Origin: a virus
Taxonomy: Duplodnaviria; Heunggongvirae; Uroviricota; Caudoviricetes
Virus record (IMG/VR): IMGVR_UViG_2703718819_000006
Length of the DNA stretch: 64,000 nt
Strand: one strand, 5' to 3'
In this document: positions 10,196 to 18,394 of the stretch, in pieces
How positions within the stretch are numbered: position 1 is the stretch's first letter
Layout of the letters: each line of letters starts with the position of its first letter
Position numbers and translations under genes: made by a program
The notes under the pieces: model-generated
What the model was told of the DNA's origin: nothing
The model's database searches: none
Seen by the model: only the letters and a program-made list of their open reading frames with translations

Positions 10196-10383
10196 ATAAC
10201 ACCTTTGATACCGTGTGTTAGCTTTTGACCTTCTTTCAATCTGAACTCCGTATGCGCCGGGAAGGATCTGCGCCTCAATACGCCTTTTCTGGTTAACCTT
10301 CCAAGATAAAACGCTACGGGATTTCCTTGTGGCGGGTAGGGCTTGTGAAACATCACCGTCTGGCCTCGTTCAAGTCTTTTCAT
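10192..10383 (-). CDS. possible small basic protein (63 aa)
   Basis: ATG-initiated ORF in the 229-bp spacer between sbcD and sbcC; its stop overlaps the sbcC start (ATGA). No clear Shine-Dalgarno. Confidence 0.2.
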   Translation of the reverse strand: MKRLERGQTVMFHKPYPPQGNPVAFYLGRLTRKGVLRRRSFPAHTEFRLKEGQKLTHGIKGVI

Positions 10384-10424
10384 CGTGATGGCAAAGTCTC
10401 GAAAGCTCCCATAACGACTTTGCC

Positions 10425-11510
10425 TCACACAGCCTCCGAACTCTCCGCTTCGGTGAGGATTTCCTGACACAAAATATCCAACTTGCTTAGATCAAATCCG
10501 CCGTCAGTATCGTGGACAATCTTGCAATAAGCAGATACCGACTCTCCCAGGCTATCGATTTTGCTGGTTTCCGTTGTGCTTGCTGTCCCTTCCATCATTG
10601 ATGACTTACGGATGAAGTTGCACACGACACCTTTTGCACCCATTGTTTTGAGGATGTTCTGGTACTTAATGCCTTCTTCATCGTTCTCAATTACGGCGCG
10701 GAAACGCACGTAGTTGCCGCGAATTTGGTCATCGGCAACATAATCTTCCAGGTTAATGAATTTAGGCGCACTGGTTTCGTAGTGACTGAAACTGCCGTCC
10801 GGGTTTACGATCATGTAACCAGCCAGAGATCCAACATCTCCCCAATTTTGATGGGTCAGCGCACCGACACTGATAACTCCAGGAATGACCTCTTTGTGGT
10901 TGTGGTAATGCCCACTAAGCACGAGACGAAAGCCGATATCCTTTAACTCCTGCGCATCGATACCGACGTCAGGCATTGTTGGAATGGCTTTGTTAATGGA
11001 TGTATGGATAACAACGTCATGATTATCACCTTCTACGCTCTTACGTAATGCTTTCAGATCGCTGATAAGCTCCGCATGATTGTTACGCCAGCTAATCAGG
11101 TGGACAGTCACATCACCAATTTTTATTGAGTGTGGGCGTTTGCCACATACGATTACCACGCCGATAGAACTCAGCGATGCTGCTGCGTTGGCGCTATATA
11201 CTGAATCGTTGGTTTCAAGATCGTGATTACCGGCCAGCATTACTACTGTCAGATCAAGCTCGTTGATAATCCACTTGTACGTTTCAGTTACGTAATGCAA
11301 AACAGAAGGGGACACAGTTCCTCGGACGTGAAATGTATCACCGGCAATCAGCATGTACTTACAACCGGCCTTCTTCATGGCGATGGCTGCTTCTTTCGTT
11401 GCTTCCAACTGTATTTCAAGTCTGGAGTTAAGCCCCTCAGCGTTCGTCGTGGAGAACGCATCCCATTTGTGGTAGTGGCAGTCAGAAATGACGCCGTATG
11501 GCAAAGTCAT
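10425..11510 (-). CDS. sbcD: SbcD/Mre11-like nuclease
   Basis: 361 aa; calcineurin-like phosphoesterase motifs (VISDCHYH, IAGDTFH, MLAGNHD, SGHYHNH). Confidence 0.85.
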   Translation of the reverse strand: MTLPYGVISDCHYHKWDAFSTTNAEGLNSRLEIQLEATKEAAIAMKKAGCKYMLIAGDTFHVRGTVSPSVLHYVTETYKWIINELDLTVVMLAGNHDLETNDSVYSANAAASLSSIGVVIVCGKRPHSIKIGDVTVHLISWRNNHAELISDLKALRKSVEGDNHDVVIHTSINKAIPTMPDVGIDAQELKDIGFRLVLSGHYHNHKEVIPGVISVGALTHQNWGDVGSLAGYMIVNPDGSFSHYETSAPKFINLEDYVADDQIRGNYVRFRAVIENDEEGIKYQNILKTMGAKGVVCNFIRKSSMMEGTASTTETSKIDSLGESVSAYCKIVHDTDGGFDLSKLDILCQEILTEAESSEAV

Positions 11511-11764
11511 GTGTTTTTCCTTTGTGGTTATTTTGATACAAATTTTAAGAGCAATGAGAAGGTAAACAACTATGCATAACGGTATGTTAGGAATGAAACG
11601 AGCGCATTAATATACAAAATTTATAAGTAAGTATATACCTATTTGTTGTGACGCAACTTTGCTTGTCTGTATGACTAAAAATAAGACAGGATCACTGTAG
11701 AACGCTATGAGAGCTATTTTGAGGGGGCGTAGATTCTATCTACGCCAATATACGATCTGGAGGG

Positions 11765-12409
11765 TTACAGCGCGTCAGTGGGCTTTTTACGCGCTGCGTT
11801 TATGCTTATGACGCCAGCTTTTGGACGTGGGTCAACAAGGTTAAGCTCTTCTTCACTGTGGTATTCGAGGTCGAACTCACGTTTTACATGTCTGATGTAG
11901 ATTGCGGTGAGTAGGCTATCTTTGGTCAAAAAGTGTCCGTAGGATTTGCGGATCACTTCTTCAACCTTCTCGATTTTCTCACCACCCATGCAGAGGTGAT
12001 TAAACCGGCTGTGTTTCCGCAACATCTCGTCAACTGGGCCTGAGTAAACCTTGTCTACTTTCCCAAAACGAATGATTTTTCCTGTATCTGCGGATACAAG
12101 GCAAATCAGTTTGTCTGGTGATAAACGATCTCGCCACGTCACACCTGAACGGAGTGTGTTGAAGTAGGGGGCATCCAATCCGATGATCGGTTTACGAAAT
12201 GCGAGCAATGGAACGTACCTAATACAACTATTCAAATGAAAGTTCACACCAGCCTTATCAAGTTTAATTCTGGTTTCGTAGATCGGGCACTTCGCCGCTA
12301 TACCGCAGATATCACAAAGTAACTTCTGCTTATTCAGGTTGGAATTTGATTCGATAGTGTAGGAGCCGTCCTCAAGACGACGAACCCAGCGCGTGCGTTT
12401 TAGATCCAT
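11765..12409 (-). CDS. hypothetical protein (Cys-containing, possible zinc-binding)
   Basis: 214-aa ORF with CDICGIAAKC; no family recognised. Confidence 0.45.
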   Translation of the reverse strand: MDLKRTRWVRRLEDGSYTIESNSNLNKQKLLCDICGIAAKCPIYETRIKLDKAGVNFHLNSCIRYVPLLAFRKPIIGLDAPYFNTLRSGVTWRDRLSPDKLICLVSADTGKIIRFGKVDKVYSGPVDEMLRKHSRFNHLCMGGEKIEKVEEVIRKSYGHFLTKDSLLTAIYIRHVKREFDLEYHSEEELNLVDPRPKAGVISINAARKKPTDAL

Positions 12410-12496
12410 AATCGTTTTTTCAGTAGTTATTGGCCGATGCTACGATAACTCATTAGGCATACCTTAATCTGCATTTGCCTGTTTACTTATCCCAGT

Positions 12497-12568
12497 TATC
12501 CACTGGATAGATCCAAATAAGAGATCCCAAGTAAGATCAAATAGAAGATCCAAAGAGATCCCCGATCG
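12497..12568. promoter_or_regulatory. DnaA-box-like site plus GATC cluster (origin-proximal module A)
   Basis: TTATCCACT at 12497-12505, then six GATC sites within about 60 bp (12510-12568) embedded in about 11-bp direct repeats. Confidence 0.5.
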
Positions 12569-12610
12569 CCTCTAGCCGTTGCGGTTACTGGTCTGAAAGG
12601 GTGTTGCCAT

Positions 12611-12710
12611 CCACTATGGAGAGCAAAGAAACCTCTGTAGAGAGCTGAATAACCGCTATGAAGAGTAAAACAACCACTCTGGAGAGCTGTATATATCCAC
12701 TGTAGAGAGT
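12611..12710. repeat. iteron array A (5 direct repeats, about 21-bp period)
   Basis: CCACTATGGAGAGC / CCTCTGTAGAGAGC / CCGCTATGAAGAGT / CCACTCTGGAGAGC / CCACTGTAGAGAGT starting at 12611, 12632, 12653, 12674, 12697. Confidence 0.7.
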
Positions 12711-12720
12711 AGAGCACATT

Positions 12721-12880
12721 GTCTTTTATGGATAACTTAATGACTTAATTCTTCATTAACATACTGATATACATAGATATATTTTAAACTCTACTCTTAG
12801 TCATGATTCTTATGTCCTTAAATATCCACAGAAGAGTAGAGTTACCTGTTCTTGAAATCCTCTGATTTTTATCCACAGGC
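12721..12880. promoter_or_regulatory. AT-rich spacer with perfect DnaA box (TTATCCACA at 12869-12877)
   Basis: Visibly AT-rich stretch between the two iteron modules; consensus DnaA box at its right edge and a near-consensus ATATCCACA at 12822-12830. Confidence 0.45.
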
Positions 12881-12991
12881 CCGATCCAGTAATTCAGATC
12901 ACAAAGAGAACCAAAGAGACCCATAAAGACCCAATAAGATCCCCGCCCACCTCAAACCGTTGTGCCATCTGCCTTCAGACATGATCGATAT

Positions 12992-13110
12992 CCACTATAG
13001 AGAGCGAATAATCCACTATAGGGAGCAAAGCAACCACTATAGAGAGGAGAAAAACCACTATAGACGGTAGGATAACCGCTGTGATGAGTGCTACTATCCA
13101 CTGTAATCAG
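12992..13110. repeat. iteron array B (6 direct repeats, 21-bp period) immediately upstream of rep
   Basis: CCACTATAGAGAG-type cores at 12992, 13013, 13034, 13055, 13076 (degenerate) and 13097; preceded by GATC sites at 12883, 12897, 12938, 12983. Confidence 0.75.
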
Positions 13111-13151
13111 CAAAGGCCACCAAAGCCGTCGAATAACAAGAGACATTTGGA

Positions 13152-14207
13152 ATGAGCGAAAACGGCAATAAAAACATAGCGATCGTTGAAGCATTTTCAG
13201 AAACAGATAAAAAGACAGGCGAAGTTGTTACGTTGGTTCCTAACACTAATAACACTGTTCAGCCTGTTGCTTTGATGCGTCTGGGCCTCTTCGTTCCGAC
13301 GCTGAAATCGACATCCAGAGGAAGAAAGGGGCAAATGGTCTCTATGGATGCCTCTGCTGAACTCAAACAGCTGTCTCTGGCAAAAGCCGAAGGGTACGAA
13401 GACATAAGGATCTCTGGCCTTCGGCTTGATATGGATAACGACTTTAAAACGTGGGTGGGAATAATCCACGCGTTTGCCAAACACAAGGTCGTTGGCGATA
13501 CTGTCACGTTGCCGTTCGTTGAGTTTGTAAGGCTGTGTGGCATTCCGACCGCCAGGTCATCAGCGAAGTTACGCAAACGCCTGGACAGTTCGCTAAGCCG
13601 TATTGCCACAAACACCATCTCGTTCCGTAGCAAAGGCTCTGATGAGTTTTACGTAACGCATCTTGTGCAAACGGCAAAATATAGTGTCAAGCACGATACG
13701 GTCGAACTGAAAGCAGATCCCAAGATTTTCGAACTCTACCAGTTCGACAAAAAGGTTCTTCTGCAACTCCGGGCTATAAACGAACTCTCAAGAAAAGAAT
13801 CCGCTCAGGCGCTTTATACTTTTATTGAAAGTTTGCCGCCTGATCCGGCACCAATATCACTAGCCCGTTTACGCGCCAGACTTAATCTGACAAGTCGCAC
13901 TATTACTCAGAATGCGACGGTAAGAAAGGCTATGGAACAGCTGCGAGAGATAGGATATCTCGATTACACGGAAGTTAAGCGCGGAAACTCGGTCTACTTC
14001 GTCATCCACTATAGGCGGCCAAAGTTACGCCAGGCACAAATATCAACAAAAATCGATAATGATGAGACGGAATATAGCCTCCCAGATGAGAATCAAGATG
14101 ACATTATCGACGTTGTGCCTGACGAAAAAGAAGGCAAAATGGTCATGTTGAGTAAAGAAGAACTGGCACTTCTCGAAGAGTTGCGCAAGGCAAAGACTCG
14201 CAAATAG
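13152..14207 (+). CDS. repA: iteron-binding replication initiator (RepA/RepE-like)
   Basis: 351-aa plus-strand ORF flanked on both sides by iteron arrays; the segment [13 protein letters not shown]...[14 protein letters not shown] parallels the RepE region AMRLYESLCQY...IVSLKIDWIIERYQL as I recall it. Confidence 0.65.
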   Translation: MSENGNKNIAIVEAFSETDKKTGEVVTLVPNTNNTVQPVALMRLGLFVPTLKSTSRGRKGQMVSMDASAELKQLSLAKAEGYEDIRISGLRLDMDNDFKTWVGIIHAFAKHKVVGDTVTLPFVEFVRLCGIPTARSSAKLRKRLDSSLSRIATNTISFRSKGSDEFYVTHLVQTAKYSVKHDTVELKADPKIFELYQFDKKVLLQLRAINELSRKESAQALYTFIESLPPDPAPISLARLRARLNLTSRTITQNATVRKAMEQLREIGYLDYTEVKRGNSVYFVIHYRRPKLRQAQISTKIDNDETEYSLPDENQDDIIDVVPDEKEGKMVMLSKEELALLEELRKAKTRK

Positions 14208-14212
14208 CCCAA

Positions 14213-14690
14213 CCACTGTAGTTAGTAGTAAGGCTCACTATCCACTGTAGTGAGCCTTACTTATATCTGTAATTCGCTATCCACTATAGTGAGTATCGTT
14301 ATCTGTTGATAACCACTGTAGGCAGTAGAATGCAAATACTGAATTAAATGTTAGTGATCACTAACACTGATGAAACAAGGGCTGCGAGGTTAGTGGTCAC
14401 TGGGTATCTTGGAAAATTTACTGTCTATAGTGGTTGTTGTCGCCCTCATCTTTGAGCGTATCCACTGTGGCGAGTGGATATCCACTGAAAACAGCAAAGG
14501 CTTACTCACCATAGTGGATACCCGCTGGACATCTCACTCCAATACTCACCATAGTGGTTGTTTGATGCGAATGAAAGGCTGTCTACTCGCTACAGTGGTT
14601 AGCAGATATGTAGGAAGGTTTTGTTACTGACTACAGTGGATAATGAGCTGGATACGAATGCGGTGAGCAGACTACTCACCGCAGTGGTTG
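14213..14690. repeat. iteron array C downstream of rep (at least 10 copies, both orientations)
   Basis: Forward CCACT(G/A)TAG copies at 14213, 14244, 14279, 14311; inverted C(T/C)A(T/C)AGTGG copies at about 14417, 14495, 14535, 14588, 14629, 14682. Confidence 0.7.
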
Positions 14691-14729
14691 GTGCTATTAG
14701 TGTATTTTCTTCAACAGACCCCAAAGTGT

Positions 14730-14909
14730 TCAGGCTTTTGTAGTCAGTTTTCCTGTTTCTGGATCGTACATACGCCATTCACGCCGCTGGTGGACGATAT
14801 ACCCATCTTCACGTTCCAGACGCTCAAGAATGCCAGGCTGCTTGAAACCCTTAGCACGCCAGTAGCCGCTTGTTTTCTCGATTTCCAGACCTGCCAGTGT
14901 TAATGCCAT
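14730..14909 (-). CDS. small hypothetical protein (59 aa)
   Basis: My translation MALTLAGLEIEKTSGYWRAKGFKQPGILERLEREDGYIVHQRREWRMYDPETGKLTTKA; its ATG overlaps the stop of the upstream gene (TAATG). Below the ORF-track size cutoff. Confidence 0.3.
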   Translation of the reverse strand: MALTLAGLEIEKTSGYWRAKGFKQPGILERLEREDGYIVHQRREWRMYDPETGKLTTKA

Positions 14910-15244
14910 TATCCAACCTCCTTGCAGTCATCGAAAAGGTAGCTTTGCTGAGAAGCGTGAACGCCATAGAAGCCCTTGTATTTGTTGTATACGAAGTGGT
15001 CTTCTCCGACGCCGGTTAATTTGCCATTACGGTTTGTGAGATATGGGGATGACAACACTCGATCGTCACGCACAACATAGAACTGGTCGCCGCTGTCTAC
15101 GACCATCGCTCCATATGGTGCTTTTATGACGTCGGTAAGAGCGCCATTCTTAACGTCGGCTACAGACATTTCACACTGATAAACAGTGGTGTCGGCCACA
15201 ACGATCGAAGAAAGGAACAACAGCGCAAATGGGATGGCCTTCAT
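14909..15244 (-). CDS. secreted (signal-peptide) protein of unknown function
   Basis: 111 aa; N-terminus MKAIPFALLFLSSIVVA looks like a cleavable signal peptide; no lipobox Cys. Confidence 0.55.
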   Translation of the reverse strand: MKAIPFALLFLSSIVVADTTVYQCEMSVADVKNGALTDVIKAPYGAMVVDSGDQFYVVRDDRVLSSPYLTNRNGKLTGVGEDHFVYNKYKGFYGVHASQQSYLFDDCKEVG

Positions 15245-15420
15245 GCTGCCACCTCTTTGATTACATCAAATGCTGAATTAAATACGAGCACGATAGCCAA
15301 AGCGTTTATGACTACGTCGTTCACCGGGGAAAAGACTTTACGAATGACACCAGTGAAAATGCAGTCGATGACAAAAGCTATTGACACGATGAGTAACAAG
15401 TATTCAATAAAAATCTTCAT
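15241..15420 (-). CDS. small membrane protein (59 aa)
   Basis: My translation MKIFIEYLLLIVSIAFVIDCIFTGVIRKVFSPVNDVVINALAIVLVFNSAFDVIKEVAA has two hydrophobic segments; stop overlaps the downstream start (ATGA). Confidence 0.35.
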   Translation of the reverse strand: MKIFIEYLLLIVSIAFVIDCIFTGVIRKVFSPVNDVVINALAIVLVFNSAFDVIKEVAA

Positions 15421-15459
15421 GATAGGTAGATACTAACTTATATAAATTTTACTGTAAAC

Positions 15460-15735
15460 TCACTCAAAAGTGCTGATGCTTAAAATACGCTCAAGATGTG
15501 CGGCATCTTCATCACTGATTTGTTGAGTCTCTTCTACGTACCAACAGTTGCCGTTATGCCAACAAACACCATCATCATCAACCATCACTGAATCAGCGTC
15601 ATGACCTGTATATTCAACGAGAATACGCTGGATCAGTGCGTCAGTTTCTTCGTCGTTAAGGCCATCGGCTTTGACCATAAAAAGCGGAAACACGTCATAG
15701 ACAGTGCTGGTAACGATTCGAACTAAAACTCTCAT
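15460..15735 (-). CDS. hypothetical protein
   Basis: 91-aa acidic ORF in a co-oriented gene array. Confidence 0.45.
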   Translation of the reverse strand: MRVLVRIVTSTVYDVFPLFMVKADGLNDEETDALIQRILVEYTGHDADSVMVDDDGVCWHNGNCWYVEETQQISDEDAAHLERILSISTFE

Positions 15736-15790
15736 GTGTTTTTCCTTTTGTGGTTAGTGTTTACTTATTTTGTTAGTTATGAATAGGCGA

Positions 15791-16216
15791 TCAATCATCT
15801 TGTTTAGGGAAAAACTGTTCAATAACTCTGTCAACGGCTGTGTCTATATGGAGTAGATGCCACACAACCATATCTTTGCTCCCCATGCCTTGTGTGAATA
15901 TCACGTCATACTTACGCCATGCGCAGTGGAACCAATATGCTGAGTCATCAATTGGTAAATCCTCTCCCGCCTCTTTGAAGTATTTCAGCAGCATTGCTTG
16001 CTCTGCCGTTGGCGTTGGACCTATTTCCTGAGCGTACATACGGATAAATCGCTGCCAGTCTGTCTCGTCGGTGGTCGGATCTGGTGGATTCATTTCGGCG
16101 ATAGCGTTTCGTAGCTGATGCGCCCAATCAGGTTCAGGAAAGCCTTTTGATACTTCATCATCAATAACATCCAGAGCCGCGTTTGCGGCATCGTAGAGTT
16201 TCTTAATTGCTGCCAT
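15791..16216 (-). CDS. hypothetical protein
   Basis: 141-aa ORF; acidic, Trp-rich; no recognisable motif. Confidence 0.5.
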   Translation of the reverse strand: MAAIKKLYDAANAALDVIDDEVSKGFPEPDWAHQLRNAIAEMNPPDPTTDETDWQRFIRMYAQEIGPTPTAEQAMLLKYFKEAGEDLPIDDSAYWFHCAWRKYDVIFTQGMGSKDMVVWHLLHIDTAVDRVIEQFFPKQDD

Positions 16217-16277
16217 GTTTACTTCTCCTTATAAATAGGAAAATAATCACCTTTGAAAAAATAAAGCAAAGATATAT

Positions 16278-16667
16278 TCACTCCGATACAAGACGTTTAT
16301 ATGCTTCGATGTCTCGACGTGCTTCACCGAGTTTTCTTCTTAGGTCCATATTTTCTGATTCAAGTTTTTCAATGTTTTTTTGGTATCGGCCACGATGTTC
16401 TTCCCAGGCATCCTGATATGCCTTCATATATGTCGTATTAGCCTTTCTTTTTGCCTGACGAACCGCGTGGTGATTTTCTACAAACCAGTCAGGGTCGTTA
16501 AATGCTGCTCTTGCGCATTTATACCAATAATCGGTTGACTCTCTGTTTAACCAATGAATGGTGATAAATGGTAATCGAATAGACAGAATTTTTCGTTTGG
16601 AATCTCGCTCACCAAACATATGCCCTTTTTTTATCTTTAAACCGAACCCAGGTTGAATTAAAAGCAT
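16278..16667 (-). CDS. hypothetical protein with C-terminal coiled-coil
   Basis: 129-aa ORF (true start may be the internal MFGERD); C-terminal heptad-like region. Confidence 0.45.
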   Translation of the reverse strand: MLLIQPGFGLKIKKGHMFGERDSKRKILSIRLPFITIHWLNRESTDYWYKCARAAFNDPDWFVENHHAVRQAKRKANTTYMKAYQDAWEEHRGRYQKNIEKLESENMDLRRKLGEARRDIEAYKRLVSE

Positions 16668-16687
16668 TGTCAGTACCTCAGATGCAT

Positions 16688-17428
16688 TTATGGCAGTAAT
16701 TCTTTACCGCTTTCCATTTTGGTGATAGAGACAGTAGGATCATCGTTAATGCATGATTCTGTGCCTAATGCTGCTAACCCTTTACGCATAACCGTGCCCG
16801 CAACATACGCCTCAATCTCCGCCTTTCCAGATGAGACAATTTCATCCATTTGTTCCTGCATTAATTCGGTAGCAAAGCACAGATTTTCAGGAAGGTTAGC
16901 TACAGCAGATGCTAGTTTTCTATATAGTTCTTCAAGGTCACGTTTTCCAGCTCTTCCTTTTTTCACAAGTTCACCTAGCTCTGAAACTTGCTGATTAAGT
17001 CGATCAATCTCACTATTCGTAGCGGCCTTTATTTGATCGTTGAATTTTTGCCGAATACTTTTTTGCTCGGCAATATCATGAACTCTAATTGAGTCTCCAA
17101 TGGTTTTATATGAAATAGTGCATGGCACACCTTCGCCCACTCCAAAACTGCTAACCATAGCAGCCCATTGTGCCTGGCTAAGTCTAATTTCAACTAAAGG
17201 CCGTCTATTGCAACTTCTTTGTGGGCGGGTTCGTTCATTGTCTAAGGACAGTTCCGCCTCGTAAACGCCTATTTCAATATAGTCTCTATGTTCCAGTTCT
17301 GAATCAAATAGGCGAATGCCAGTTGTGCTAACACGGCTTGTTTTCACAAGACCGAACGCTGGATGTGTTTGAATTTTTTCCCCATGTTTATTAAGGGTCG
17401 TTTTTGGTTCTTCAATTTTTCTTTTCAC
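16688..17428 (-). CDS. hypothetical protein
   Basis: 246-aa ORF; no motif assigned. Confidence 0.5.
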   Translation of the reverse strand: MKRKIEEPKTTLNKHGEKIQTHPAFGLVKTSRVSTTGIRLFDSELEHRDYIEIGVYEAELSLDNERTRPQRSCNRRPLVEIRLSQAQWAAMVSSFGVGEGVPCTISYKTIGDSIRVHDIAEQKSIRQKFNDQIKAATNSEIDRLNQQVSELGELVKKGRAGKRDLEELYRKLASAVANLPENLCFATELMQEQMDEIVSSGKAEIEAYVAGTVMRKGLAALGTESCINDDPTVSITKMESGKELLP

Positions 17429-17474
17429 CTTATTAACCTCTATGCTTCATGCGTAAAGCTAAATGACAATTTTT

Positions 17475-18299
17475 TTAATATCCGGCGTATTCGTATTCTT
17501 CATTTAGACCGTATTCTTGTGGAGTGATACCAGGACAACATAACTCAAAGGCGAACTTGCGCCATTTGATTTTTTCTTCTGACGATTGTTTGTTATTCGC
17601 CGGTGCAATGTAGTCATATTCCCATTTGCCGTTGCGAAGTAAAATGAATCCGCAGTTATTGCCGAAGTCTTCGTCTGCATAACGTATTACAAACTCAAGG
17701 TGCGGGAACTTTCTAGCCATCGCTTGATAAATTGGTTTTGGCATAGACCAGGCTGTTTCAAAGCGAATCACCAACTCACCACCAGTTGCGGCATGTCTTG
17801 CAAGACGTTTTTTATAGATTCGTTTTGCATATGCTCGAACGTGTGTATGGCGGAAATTATGGCCGTACTTAATACGTGTAGGGATACGTTTTACGGGCAT
17901 TTCGATGTTGTAGGCATTCCATTTTGTTCCCCAATTAGCTCGCGACCAGTCAAACCATGAGTAATAGCCATAGCGACGATAATTCTCAAGCCGCATAAGA
18001 GCCTGCTCTTTGATTTTGCGAATTTCCTTGCGTGTCATTCCTGATTCACGCATAGCTAATTCGATCTGTTCTGGAGTCTTTAATTCACCGAACATGTGGT
18101 CGTAAACTGTTTCGCCCGCCATTGCAGAGGCCATGCGCCTGATATGATTGTTTTCTTCCATTTCTATACTTTTCGGACGTCTGCAAATGGTATTAAAGTC
18201 AATTAGACCTTTTTTGTTAGTTATGGCACGTATGAAATCTAAGCGTTGTTTATTTGTACCACCTATGACTCGGATTTCGTTTGTAATGTGGTTGGGCAT
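17475..18299 (-). CDS. hypothetical protein (Trp/Tyr-rich motif YSWFDWSRANWGTKWNAYN)
   Basis: 274-aa ORF; preceded by an AACAATTTGTT palindrome 20-40 bp upstream. Confidence 0.5.
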   Translation of the reverse strand: MPNHITNEIRVIGGTNKQRLDFIRAITNKKGLIDFNTICRRPKSIEMEENNHIRRMASAMAGETVYDHMFGELKTPEQIELAMRESGMTRKEIRKIKEQALMRLENYRRYGYYSWFDWSRANWGTKWNAYNIEMPVKRIPTRIKYGHNFRHTHVRAYAKRIYKKRLARHAATGGELVIRFETAWSMPKPIYQAMARKFPHLEFVIRYADEDFGNNCGFILLRNGKWEYDYIAPANNKQSSEEKIKWRKFAFELCCPGITPQEYGLNEEYEYAGY

Positions 18300-18350
18300 A
18301 ATTAACTTAACCTTTTAACAAATTGTTTTCTTGTGTGTGATAATAACGAG

Positions 18351-18376
18351 AATAAAACGGCGTCCAACTGGACGCC
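18351..18376 (-). terminator. rho-independent terminator after SPFH gene
   Basis: Stem GGCGTCC/GGACGCC with AACT loop, followed on the minus strand by GTTTTATT. Confidence 0.6.
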
Positions 18377-18394
18377 TGATCTTCTTAATGAGAG

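Noticed and set aside
13012-13026. T7-promoter-like string CACTATAGGGAG
   Set aside because: It is one unit of a 21-bp-periodic iteron series; no phage-type RNA polymerase gene is present in the window.
12496-13194. Minus-strand ORFs 12496..12717 and 12952..13194 with repetitive YSG-type translations
   Set aside because: They lie entirely within the iteron arrays; the apparent protein repeats are translations of the 21-bp DNA repeats.
12611-14690. Possible CRISPR array
   Set aside because: The repeats are short (about 9-14 bp cores), imperfect, 21-bp periodic or irregular, occur in both orientations, and flank a rep gene. That is iteron behaviour, not CRISPR.
14409-14903. Plus-strand ORFs 14409..14630 and 14688..14903 downstream of rep
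   Set aside because: They overlap the downstream iteron array and, in part, a minus-strand coupled small ORF; no ribosome-binding site or protein-like composition.
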